Notes: generated by a model not told the origin, from the letters alone. Shown: positions 17,841 through 25,365, numbered from the stretch's first letter. The stretch: DNA of 64,000 nt from an uncultured Alphaproteobacteria bacterium (GCA_902536655.1 CACAYF010000002.1:8693-72692), one strand, 5' to 3'. Made by a program: numbers and translations.

Positions 17841-18452
17841 TTAATTAAATAAGCCTTCTTTTTCAAACTTTTTAAAATATTCGTGCCCAAGAATACTTTT
17901 GATTTTTTCGAATGTTAACTTTCTTATGATTTCCTCATTATCCTCGAACATTTTTTGGCAATTATTTGAAGTTTTTCTTGCAATTGCAAGATCAATAAAT
18001 TCATTTTCGACTGCATTCTTAGATCTGATAACTGGATCCATTTTAGCTTTACTACATTTTGAAAGCGTTTTATTTTTTTTTCTTTCAATCTCATCAACCA
18101 GAGTCATCAAATCGTTATATGAAAAATCAGGTTGAAAGACTTCAATAAATTGTCCGTTGATTTCAAAATTTAACTTTAGCTGCTTAACTTCATCTTCAAT
18201 AGCTGAAAGATAATCATCATTATAAATTAAAATTTTGACCTTTTTGTTAGCTACCTCTTTAGTTATATTCGCAACCTCACTTATCCATCTTGTTCTGCTA
18301 TTTACTTCGACTCTTATTGATTTTATTTGTTTGAGAAGAATATCAATTTTATGAATATCTTTTATTAAATTTTTATACTCATCTACTAGGTTATCTAAAA
18401 GATTTTTTGCTTGAATGGAATAATTTTCATCCACTTTAAACATACCTCCCAA
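17841..18452 (-). CDS. hypothetical protein, predicted largely helical
   Basis: 203-aa ORF (TTG 18452; alternative ATG 18443). No recognisable motif. Confidence 0.45.
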   Translation of the reverse strand: MGGMFKVDENYSIQAKNLLDNLVDEYKNLIKDIHKIDILLKQIKSIRVEVNSRTRWISEVANITKEVANKKVKILIYNDDYLSAIEDEVKQLKLNFEINGQFIEVFQPDFSYNDLMTLVDEIERKKNKTLSKCSKAKMDPVIRSKNAVENEFIDLAIARKTSNNCQKMFEDNEEIIRKLTFEKIKSILGHEYFKKFEKEGLFN

Positions 18453-18504
18453 GGTAGTTATTATAGTACATTTTTATTAGATTCTATATATGTATTATAT
18501 TTTT

Positions 18505-18987
18505 TTACTCAATTATTATTTTTCCGACCATTCCCATTTCTGAATGTTTTTTATTAGTTTGTAAATCTTTTACAGAACATATTAAATCATCAAATTCTCC
18601 AGTTTTTATTGGAACAAACCACCATTCGACTTCATTATTGGGAAAAACTTCAATTTCGGAAATATTACCTTTTACCTCGGCCACTTTTTTGTCATTTTTA
18701 TTAATTTGAATTTTTCTAGTAAAGATAGATTTTGAAAAGTTAGATGATGAAAAATAATGTTTTGATTTACTAGTATTCATAATTTTTAATTTATAAAGTT
18801 TTCCAGTTTTAAAGATAAGTAGATTTGGTGAAAAAAAATGCATTTCACCAATTTCACTATTTAATTGAATATTTATTTCTATTGGTTTTTGTTTTGTTAA
18901 GTCGCCAAGATTTGAAGATTGCAACGTTTTAGAGGAAACTATAACGATAATTAGACTATAAATTAAAATGTAAAAATTAATTTTCAT
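18505..18987 (-). CDS. exported cupredoxin-like protein
   Basis: Signal-like N-terminus. Pattern FSPNLLIFKTGKLYKLKIMNTSKSKHYF ... FVPIKTGEFDDLICSV...HSEMGMVGKIIIE matches the cupredoxin layout (His ... Cys ... His ... Met, G-M-x-G-x-I-x-V end), but with an unusually long Cys-to-His spacer (10 residues). Confidence 0.5.
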   Translation of the reverse strand: MKINFYILIYSLIIVIVSSKTLQSSNLGDLTKQKPIEINIQLNSEIGEMHFFSPNLLIFKTGKLYKLKIMNTSKSKHYFSSSNFSKSIFTRKIQINKNDKKVAEVKGNISEIEVFPNNEVEWWFVPIKTGEFDDLICSVKDLQTNKKHSEMGMVGKIIIE

Positions 18988-19201
18988 TTTTTAAATACCT
19001 ATCAAGAAACGCATTTATTAACGGAACAAAAATTATTATACAAAAAAAAACCACAGGCCAGGCTATTAAAAATCTCTCAAACCATTTTGCAAGAAAATCT
19101 GTTTGTAAACCTATTTTTAAAAATACTATGAAAGCAGAAACAAAAGTGCTTGTGCAAAATGACATGATTGAGGCAAATATTATTAATCTTTTATTTTTCA
19201 T
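18977..19201 (-). CDS. DUF2798-like small membrane protein
   Basis: 74 aa, two TM segments, W-rich linker (LAKWFERFLIAWPVVF). Overlaps the downstream cupredoxin-like gene by 11 nt. Confidence 0.5.
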   Translation of the reverse strand: MKNKRLIIFASIMSFCTSTFVSAFIVFLKIGLQTDFLAKWFERFLIAWPVVFFCIIIFVPLINAFLDRYLKNEN

Positions 19202-19366
19202 CTTTAAACATAAATTTTTTTTTAAATTTTAAATTTAATTTGTTAATAAAATCGCAAATGTCTGTAAATAAAATACATCTTATTAGCATTATATAAAAGG
19301 TATTTGATAGAATTTGTTTATTTGATTTTCTTTGACAACTTATTTTTCTGTTAAAATTAATAACAT

Positions 19367-19385
19367 AATTGTTGGCACAACAATT
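19367..19385 (-). terminator. hairpin downstream of the photolyase-like gene
   Basis: AATTGTTG-gca-CAACAATT: perfect 8-bp stem, 3-nt loop, 35 nt past the stop, followed by a U-rich stretch on the minus strand. The AT-only stem is weak. Confidence 0.3.
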
Positions 19386-19419
19386 TTTGTTCTGTTTTAC
19401 CTTGAAAAAACGAAATTTA

Positions 19420-20577
19420 TTAGATTGCTTTTATAAAATCACCTATTTTGTTTTTAAACTTAAAGAAACCTGATTTAGCATGTGGCCAGCATAACAAATC
19501 ATATGAATCATAATGATATTTGAGATTGATTTTATTTTGTTTTTTTAGTTCAATCAATTTGTCTTTTTCATAACCAATAGACGGATATGCCGTTAGTAAT
19601 TCAGAATCATTAACTAACGAATTTAACTCATCTTCGTCGTTTATAATTTTAACTTCTATTTTATTTTCTTTTAGCCAATTTAAGTATTCCTTAACTGCAG
19701 ATGATTCAAAATCTTGTTTAATTTTACTATTTTCGGAATATTGAAGTAAATTTAAATATAAACATTTTGATTTCTCTAATTTTTTTAATAGAGATTCATC
19801 ATAAATTAAGTTATTTTGATTTATTAAGTAATAATCAATATTATCAAATTTTTCATTGGAGAAAGAAAACTCACAATATTCATAAAATTTATATTCTTTT
19901 GTTTTGTATCTTTTTGCCAATGTTTGTTTATCTTTAAAGCGAAATTTTGAAAATTTTTCAATATTTTCTTCTCTTGCTAAATAAACTTTGTCTTTTGTAT
20001 GGAGACCAGATACCCATCTCCATGACAAAGTATTAGAAGCAGCATCTGCGTCTAATAGATTTTTATAAAAAAAATCTGCTCCTAGTTCCCAAGGAAGGTT
20101 CAATGTGAAGATCCATATACTAGCAAACCACATCCTTGAATGATTATGAAGATATCCGGTTTTAATTAATTCGTTTGACCAAAAATCAAAACACTCTATT
20201 CCTGTTCTTGAGTTTACAGCTTTTTCATAATCTTTTTCAATATTTGAACCATTCAGATCTTTTTTCAAGATATTTAAATTATCTATATAATCATTCCAAA
20301 CTTCAGGTCTGCTTTCCAACCAACCTTTCCAGTAAGTTCTCCAGAAAACTTCTTGAATAAATTTTTCAATTAATTGAAAATTGTATTTTTTTAGACAAGA
20401 TGTGATAACTTCTCTTTCATGAAGGATTCTTCTTTTAATATAAGGTGACAAACAGGATACATTACTCCTGTTTTCAGGACCATTGTCAAAGTTTCTACAT
20501 TTAGAATAATCTTTTAACCCGTACTCGATGAATTCATCTAGTTTTGATTTTGCTGATAGATAATTTGGAGGAATCAT
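19420..20577 (-). CDS. cryptochrome/photolyase-family FAD-binding-domain protein with atypical architecture
   Basis: Photolyase helical-domain motifs begin at residue ~10: SCLSPYIKRRIL, EVFWRTYW, TGYLHNHSRMWFASIW, GADFFYKNLLDADAASNTLSWRWVSG. The ORF-track N-terminus (20578-20685) overlaps a better-supported small ORF and a hairpin, so I start at ATG 20577 (MIPPNY). ATG 20597 is an alternative. Confidence 0.7.
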   Translation of the reverse strand: MIPPNYLSAKSKLDEFIEYGLKDYSKCRNFDNGPENRSNVSCLSPYIKRRILHEREVITSCLKKYNFQLIEKFIQEVFWRTYWKGWLESRPEVWNDYIDNLNILKKDLNGSNIEKDYEKAVNSRTGIECFDFWSNELIKTGYLHNHSRMWFASIWIFTLNLPWELGADFFYKNLLDADAASNTLSWRWVSGLHTKDKVYLAREENIEKFSKFRFKDKQTLAKRYKTKEYKFYEYCEFSFSNEKFDNIDYYLINQNNLIYDESLLKKLEKSKCLYLNLLQYSENSKIKQDFESSAVKEYLNWLKENKIEVKIINDEDELNSLVNDSELLTAYPSIGYEKDKLIELKKQNKINLKYHYDSYDLLCWPHAKSGFFKFKNKIGDFIKAI

Positions 20578-20580
20578 GTT

Positions 20581-20608
20581 AAAAAAAGGCAGCATAAAAC
20601 TGCCTTTT
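20581..20608 (-). terminator. intrinsic-terminator-like hairpin between the small ORF and the photolyase-like gene
   Basis: Minus strand reads aaaaGGCAG-ttttatg-CTGCCttttttt: 5 GC pairs extendable by 4 A:U pairs, followed by a T-run. It starts 4 nt after the small-ORF stop and ends 4 nt before ATG 20577. Confidence 0.45.
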
Positions 20609-20611
20609 AAT

Positions 20612-20764
20612 TTAGTTTGATTTGGTTTCTTTTGTAGTTTCTGAAGTTTCGTCGCTTGTTTCTTTAATTTCTTTATGTCCTCCACTGCAATGTGCAGCTT
20701 CAGAATAGTTAGAAAAAAGAAATGTTGAAATACAAAAAGATAATGCTATTAAAAATTTATTCAT
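20612..20764 (-). CDS. small exported peptide (50 aa), not in ORF track
   Basis: Own translation: MNKFLIALSFCISTFLFSNYSEAAHCSGGHKEIKETSDETSETTKETKSN. GGAG lies 8 nt upstream of the ATG. Signal peptide with an S-E-A cleavage-type site. Predicted mature N-terminus is AHCSGGH. Confidence 0.5.
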   Translation of the reverse strand: MNKFLIALSFCISTFLFSNYSEAAHCSGGHKEIKETSDETSETTKETKSN

Positions 20765-20814
20765 ATTTATCTCCGTTTTTAATATAAATTTGTAGTTAAT
20801 TTCTCAAAATCAAG

Positions 20815-20982
20815 CTATTTTGTTGAAGCTGATTTATTTTTTTTTATTTGCATCTTTTTAAATTTGTCAAAAATTTTTTCTTTATTCACTAGCATTCCAA
20901 TTGTTGCACCTGTTATGAACGCTCCAGCAGTCAATGCTCCTGTAACAAAGGCTGATTTTATTGCAAAGTTAATTAATTTCAT
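20815..20982 (-). CDS. small glycine-zipper membrane protein (55 aa), not in ORF track
   Basis: Own translation: MKLINFAIKSAFVTGALTAGAFITGATIGMLVNKEKIFDKFKKMQIKKNKSASTK. GGAG lies upstream of the ATG. GxxxGxxxG-type zipper (GALTAGAFITGATIG). Confidence 0.45.
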   Translation of the reverse strand: MKLINFAIKSAFVTGALTAGAFITGATIGMLVNKEKIFDKFKKMQIKKNKSASTK

Positions 20983-21050
20983 ACTAATCCTACTCCATAT
21001 TGTGTATATTAATTTAGTCTAATTTTAGATAATTTTATTATCAAATTTTA

Positions 21051-21683
21051 ATGAAAAAAAAAATACTTTTCAAATATTATAATCTTTTATTACAAGATAC
21101 ATATAACAGAACACTAAAGCATAATGGATTCACCCCTTGTGGAGTATGTTGGAACAGCAAAAAATCACAATACATTCGTTTTGATTTTTTAACATCTTTA
21201 CTAAAAAAGTTTTCCTTCAATACTCGACTTAAGATTGCTGATGTTGGGTGTGGTTACGCAGAATTGCTTAATTATTTTACTGAAAAAAATATAATGTTTG
21301 AATATGAAGGTTATGACATTAATAAACAGATGATAAACTACTGCAAAAAAAAATTCTTTAATTTCAATTTTTATTTGAATAATTCCCCAATAAATTATTG
21401 TGACGTTTCTATAATGTCTGGTACATATAATTATGCTGTAACGGATAACATCGAATCATGGGAAAGTTATGTTATTCACAATCTTTCAGAATGCCTTAAA
21501 AAAAGTAGATTGGGCATAGCTTTCAATCTTCAATTTGAACAAAAAAGAAACATAAGAAACAATATTTATTATACTAATGTTCAATATATGTTCAGTTTGC
21601 TTAAACGTAACTTCATAAAAATTGAGAAGTATTATACCTTCGCATCTTCAAAAGATATTTACTTTTTAATCTATAAAAATTGA
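21051..21683 (+). CDS. class I SAM-dependent methyltransferase
   Basis: 210 aa. Motif I IADVGCGYAELL, followed by an acidic residue at the end of beta-2 (YEGYDIN). Confidence 0.65.
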   Translation: MKKKILFKYYNLLLQDTYNRTLKHNGFTPCGVCWNSKKSQYIRFDFLTSLLKKFSFNTRLKIADVGCGYAELLNYFTEKNIMFEYEGYDINKQMINYCKKKFFNFNFYLNNSPINYCDVSIMSGTYNYAVTDNIESWESYVIHNLSECLKKSRLGIAFNLQFEQKRNIRNNIYYTNVQYMFSLLKRNFIKIEKYYTFASSKDIYFLIYKN

Positions 21684-22138
21684 AATTTATTTTGTCTGAA
21701 AGCTTCATAGATGATTATAGAAACTGAATTTGAAAGATTCAAACTTCGACTTCCACAAATCATTGGAATTGATATTTTTTTTGAGTTCTCAAATTCATTT
21801 AAAATATTTTTTGGAATACCCTTTGATTCTGAACCAAATACAAAACAATCATTTTTGAAGTATTTTCTTTTTGTATAAGCTTCTTTTCCATATTTTGTGA
21901 CTATGAAATATCTACTAAATAAATCTTTCTTCAAAAAATCAAAAATGTTTTCATGAATAGATATTTTTACATTTTTAATGTAATCCATACCAGCTCTTCT
22001 AAGAGACTTTTCGTTTAAACTGAATCCCATTGGTTCAATCAAGTGAAGACAACAACCAGTATTTGCACAAAGTCTAATAATATTAACTGTATTAGGGGGA
22101 ATTTCTGGATTAAAAAGTACAACCCCAAATGAATTCAT
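21671..22138 (-). CDS. trmL: tRNA (cytidine/uridine-2'-O-)-methyltransferase TrmL (SpoU/TrmH family)
   Basis: 155 aa. VVLFNPEIPPNT.NIIRLCANTGC.LHLIEPMGF...LRRAGMDY is near-identical in pattern to YibK/TrmL. Confidence 0.85.
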   Translation of the reverse strand: MNSFGVVLFNPEIPPNTVNIIRLCANTGCCLHLIEPMGFSLNEKSLRRAGMDYIKNVKISIHENIFDFLKKDLFSRYFIVTKYGKEAYTKRKYFKNDCFVFGSESKGIPKNILNEFENSKKISIPMICGSRSLNLSNSVSIIIYEAFRQNKFQFL

Positions 22139-22161
22139 TATTTAACTTATAAAGGGTTGTT

Positions 22162-22347
22162 TTAAACTAAAAAGTTTTTTAAAACTTTTTTGTAATTAGA
22201 TTCAGAGTTAAACCATTGAACAAGATTGCCTCCTGTGAAACCTTTCATTTTTATGTCAATAAACCATTGTTTTACATCAACGTCCCATCCATAGAAAACG
22301 TCAAGTTGGATACTTTTTTTGTTAATTGATTTAAAGTTTCTGGCCAT
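22162..22347 (-). CDS. hypothetical small protein
   Basis: 61-aa ORF between bioB and trmL on the same strand. No motif; could be spurious. Confidence 0.25.
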   Translation of the reverse strand: MARNFKSINKKSIQLDVFYGWDVDVKQWFIDIKMKGFTGGNLVQWFNSESNYKKVLKNFLV

Positions 22348-22430
22348 GTTCTATAAATAGTTATTCTGTAATTAACTGCAATGAAGTTTTTGCAAGTTTT
22401 AGACCAGAATTTTAATTTATATAGGATTTT

Positions 22431-23441
22431 TTACTTATAATGAACTGTTGAAGATATTTTATCACTAAATATTATCAAATATTTTTTAATAAGTTCCTCT
22501 GAATTTGATTTGTTTATTTGTTTGAATTGTTTTATTAGCTCTTTATCCCTCTCCATGTCGTTATTTTTTGTAGTAAGAAGTGAGTCACCATAAAATATTG
22601 AGTTAGCTCCAGACAAAAGGCATAGCATTTGAGTTTCATTTGATAGATATTTTCTTCCTGCTGACAATCTTATTCTTGATTTTGGCATGATAATTCTTGC
22701 AGTCGCAATCATAATTATCATTTCATCTGGTTCAATAATTTTTTGATTTTGTAGAGGTGTCCCTTCAACAGGAACTAATGCATTTATTGGAACGCTTTCA
22801 GGTTGAGGTTTTAAATTTGCGAGCACTTCAAGCATTTCAGCTCTATCATTCCATGACTCACCCATTCCAATTATACCGCCTGAACATACATTAATACCAG
22901 CATCACGAGCATTCTGAATGGTTTCTAACCTTTCGTCAAATTTTCGTGTTGTAATAATTTTTTTATAAAAATCTGGTGAAGTATCAATATTGTGATTATA
23001 TGCATCAAGTCCTGCATCTTTTAGCCTTTCTGCTTGATCTTTCGTGATTGAGCCTAATGTAACACATGCTTCAAGATCAAGTGATTTGACTTTCTTTATC
23101 ATTTTTATAACTGTATCAAGATCTTTTCCGTCTCTTAACTTTTTCCATGCAGCCCCCATACAAAATCTATTTGCTCCATTTTTCTTAGCTAACCTCGCGG
23201 CTTTTATCACTTCGTGAACATCTATAAGATTTTCTTTTTTTAAATTTACATTATAGTGAGCTGACTGAGGACAATACTTACAATCCTCAGGACAACTTCC
23301 TGTTTTAATTGAAATCAAAGATGCTAGTTGAACATCTCCATGTTCAAAGTTCTCTTTATGTATTTCTTGTGCTTTAAAAATAAGGTCTTTTAAAGGGAGT
23401 GAAAAAAGATTTTTGATTTGCCCAGATGTTATTTTATTCAT
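22431..23441 (-). CDS. bioB: biotin synthase
   Basis: Radical-SAM CPEDCKYCPQS. The N-terminus ITSGQIKNLFSLPLKDLIFKAQEIH aligns to E. coli BioB [25 protein letters not shown], so I use the start at ATG 23441 rather than 23477. Confidence 0.9.
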   Translation of the reverse strand: MNKITSGQIKNLFSLPLKDLIFKAQEIHKENFEHGDVQLASLISIKTGSCPEDCKYCPQSAHYNVNLKKENLIDVHEVIKAARLAKKNGANRFCMGAAWKKLRDGKDLDTVIKMIKKVKSLDLEACVTLGSITKDQAERLKDAGLDAYNHNIDTSPDFYKKIITTRKFDERLETIQNARDAGINVCSGGIIGMGESWNDRAEMLEVLANLKPQPESVPINALVPVEGTPLQNQKIIEPDEMIIMIATARIIMPKSRIRLSAGRKYLSNETQMLCLLSGANSIFYGDSLLTTKNNDMERDKELIKQFKQINKSNSEELIKKYLIIFSDKISSTVHYK

Positions 23442-23937
23442 TTTTATTTGATTCATAATTTGGAAGAAACATTTCACCAGTACAAAAAAGATACTCTAAC
23501 CTTACTTTCGAATCTATGGGTCCTATAATTTGATAAGAAGATTGATCAATTAAAATATTTCCACCACCTATTAAAATTTCTTGAAAGAAGAAAGACATCG
23601 AATCCTGATTTGTTTCTCCAGACATAAAAAAATTTGGCTCAGACTTGATTTTTTGAGTAACAATTTTGCTTAGCTCTAAGGAAGCTGTAATAATATTTGC
23701 TTTCTCGACTTGATTTTTTGAAACAATTTTGAATTGAGTTAATGTATTATTTCCTTCTGTTTTTTTTACATAGACCATCGCTTCAGTTAAAAAATCATTA
23801 TGATCAAAAATGAAACTTAAACCACACTCTTCAGGAACATTATTATCCAATTTGATAATTGAATTAACTTTAACTGAAGCTAATGCTATTTTAAAAGAAA
23901 ATACAGAAATTACCAAAGTTAAGCAAAATTTATTCAT
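23434..23937 (-). CDS. hypothetical exported protein, immediately upstream of bioB
   Basis: 167 aa. Signal-like MNKFCLTLVISVFSFKIALA. Its stop is 2 nt before the bioB ATG. Confidence 0.5.
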   Translation of the reverse strand: MNKFCLTLVISVFSFKIALASVKVNSIIKLDNNVPEECGLSFIFDHNDFLTEAMVYVKKTEGNNTLTQFKIVSKNQVEKANIITASLELSKIVTQKIKSEPNFFMSGETNQDSMSFFFQEILIGGGNILIDQSSYQIIGPIDSKVRLEYLFCTGEMFLPNYESNKNE

Positions 23938-25326
23938 ATGAACCAGCCAAATTTATACACAATAAACCAAATCAAAGAATCTGAAAATATTTATATAAAA
24001 AATAATTCATTAAACAAGTTATTTGACAATGCAACAACAAAAATAATCACTTTCATAAAAAAAAATTATAAAAAAAAAAAAATTTTATTTGTTTGCGGTC
24101 CAGGAAATAATGGAATAGATGGAAAGTTAACATATAACAAAATTAAAGAAAAATATGATGTAAGTATTTTTACATTTGAAAGAAATAGTAAGATAAACCT
24201 CAATAAATTTAAAAACTTAATCAACAATGCGGAAATAATTTTTGATTGTATTTTTGGAATAGGATTAAATAAAAAAATCTCTGGAAACAACAAAAAAATC
24301 ATAGAATTAATTAATAAATCAAATAAAAAGATTGTTGCAGTAGATATTCCTAGTGGTTTACATGGTGACTCAGGTGAAAGAATGGGCACATGCATTGAAG
24401 CTGACACAACACTAGCAATGGGTTTTCTAAAACCAGGATATTTTTTGCATCCTGCCAAAGAATTTATAGGGAAAATAGAATTACTTGATTTAGGGCTACC
24501 TGTTCCAAATTTTAAACCAAATATTAAACTCGTTAATAAAAAAAATATTAATAATATTCCTTCTCATAATTCTAACATTAACAAATACGAAAAAGGACAT
24601 GTTTTGGTTATAGGAGGAGAAATGGCTGGTGCCTCAAGACTAGTTGCATATTCTTCAAGAAAAACTGGATGCGGGCTTTCAACAATTTCTGTTGAAGAAA
24701 AGAATTTGAAATTTTACTCACAAACTGAACCTGGGACAATCATCAAAATTTTTAACAAATCTGATTTAATCAATAAGGATGTCTTAGTAATAGGTCCAGG
24801 GTTAGGAAAAAGTTTCAAAACAAAAAAATTACTTGAAATTATAGATTTATTTCACGGACCCAAAATTTTAGATGCAGATGCGATAAGTATATTTGAAAAT
24901 AAAAAAAAACAATTTTCAAAATTCTTACTGAAACAAAAAAACTTTATTTTGACTCCTCACACTGGTGAATTTAAGAGAGTCTTCAATTATTCTAAAAAAT
25001 TATCAAAATTAAATAATTGTCTTGAAGCATCAAAACTGATCGGTAATTGTGTATTATTGAAAGGTAATGATACTGTTATTGCATTTCCAGATGAAAATAT
25101 ATGGATTAATAATTTGGCAAATCAAAATTTAGCAACTGCTGGATCAGGTGATGTTTTATGTGGAATTATTGCTGGACTACTAGCGCAAAAAATGACAATA
25201 GAAGATGCTATGCCTGCTTCATTGTTTATTCAAAGTAAAATTTCAAAAAATAAAAAAAATGTTGTTGTGGAGGATTTTATAAGTGAAATTCCAATTGCTA
25301 TAAATTCTTTAAAAAATAATAATTGA
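23938..25326 (+). CDS. nnr: bifunctional NAD(P)H-hydrate repair enzyme (epimerase/ADP-dependent dehydratase)
   Basis: 462 aa. YjeF_N (VCGPGNNG.DG) followed by YjeF_C carbohydrate-kinase fold (KGHVLVIGG, TPH.GEF, GSGDVL.G). Confidence 0.85.
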   Translation: MNQPNLYTINQIKESENIYIKNNSLNKLFDNATTKIITFIKKNYKKKKILFVCGPGNNGIDGKLTYNKIKEKYDVSIFTFERNSKINLNKFKNLINNAEIIFDCIFGIGLNKKISGNNKKIIELINKSNKKIVAVDIPSGLHGDSGERMGTCIEADTTLAMGFLKPGYFLHPAKEFIGKIELLDLGLPVPNFKPNIKLVNKKNINNIPSHNSNINKYEKGHVLVIGGEMAGASRLVAYSSRKTGCGLSTISVEEKNLKFYSQTEPGTIIKIFNKSDLINKDVLVIGPGLGKSFKTKKLLEIIDLFHGPKILDADAISIFENKKKQFSKFLLKQKNFILTPHTGEFKRVFNYSKKLSKLNNCLEASKLIGNCVLLKGNDTVIAFPDENIWINNLANQNLATAGSGDVLCGIIAGLLAQKMTIEDAMPASLFIQSKISKNKKNVVVEDFISEIPIAINSLKNNN

Positions 25327-25365
25327 TTTACGTTCAATAATGTTGTTTTTTATTTAGAGCTATAA

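Noticed and set aside
20578-20685. ORF-track N-terminal extension of the photolyase-like ORF (MEDIKKLKKQATKLQKLQKKPNQTKLKGSF...)
   Set aside because: It overlaps, in another frame, a small ORF that has an SD and a signal peptide, and it runs through a terminator-like hairpin. The Lys-rich sequence looks like translated AT-rich non-coding or alternate-frame DNA.
23442-23477. ORF-track N-terminal extension of bioB (MKCFFQIMNQIK)
   Set aside because: Alignment to the known BioB N-terminus supports the Met at 23441. The extension would overlap the upstream gene by 44 nt.
3005-24458. Other embedded, mostly antisense ORFs in the left half: 3005-3196, 7688-7957, 9712-10089, 11800-12012, 13784-13993 (same strand, alternate frame), 15472-15672, 17899-18135, 20175-20360 and 24066-24458
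   Set aside because: Each is contained within a longer, better-supported ORF and has no SD or motif support. I treat them as spurious.
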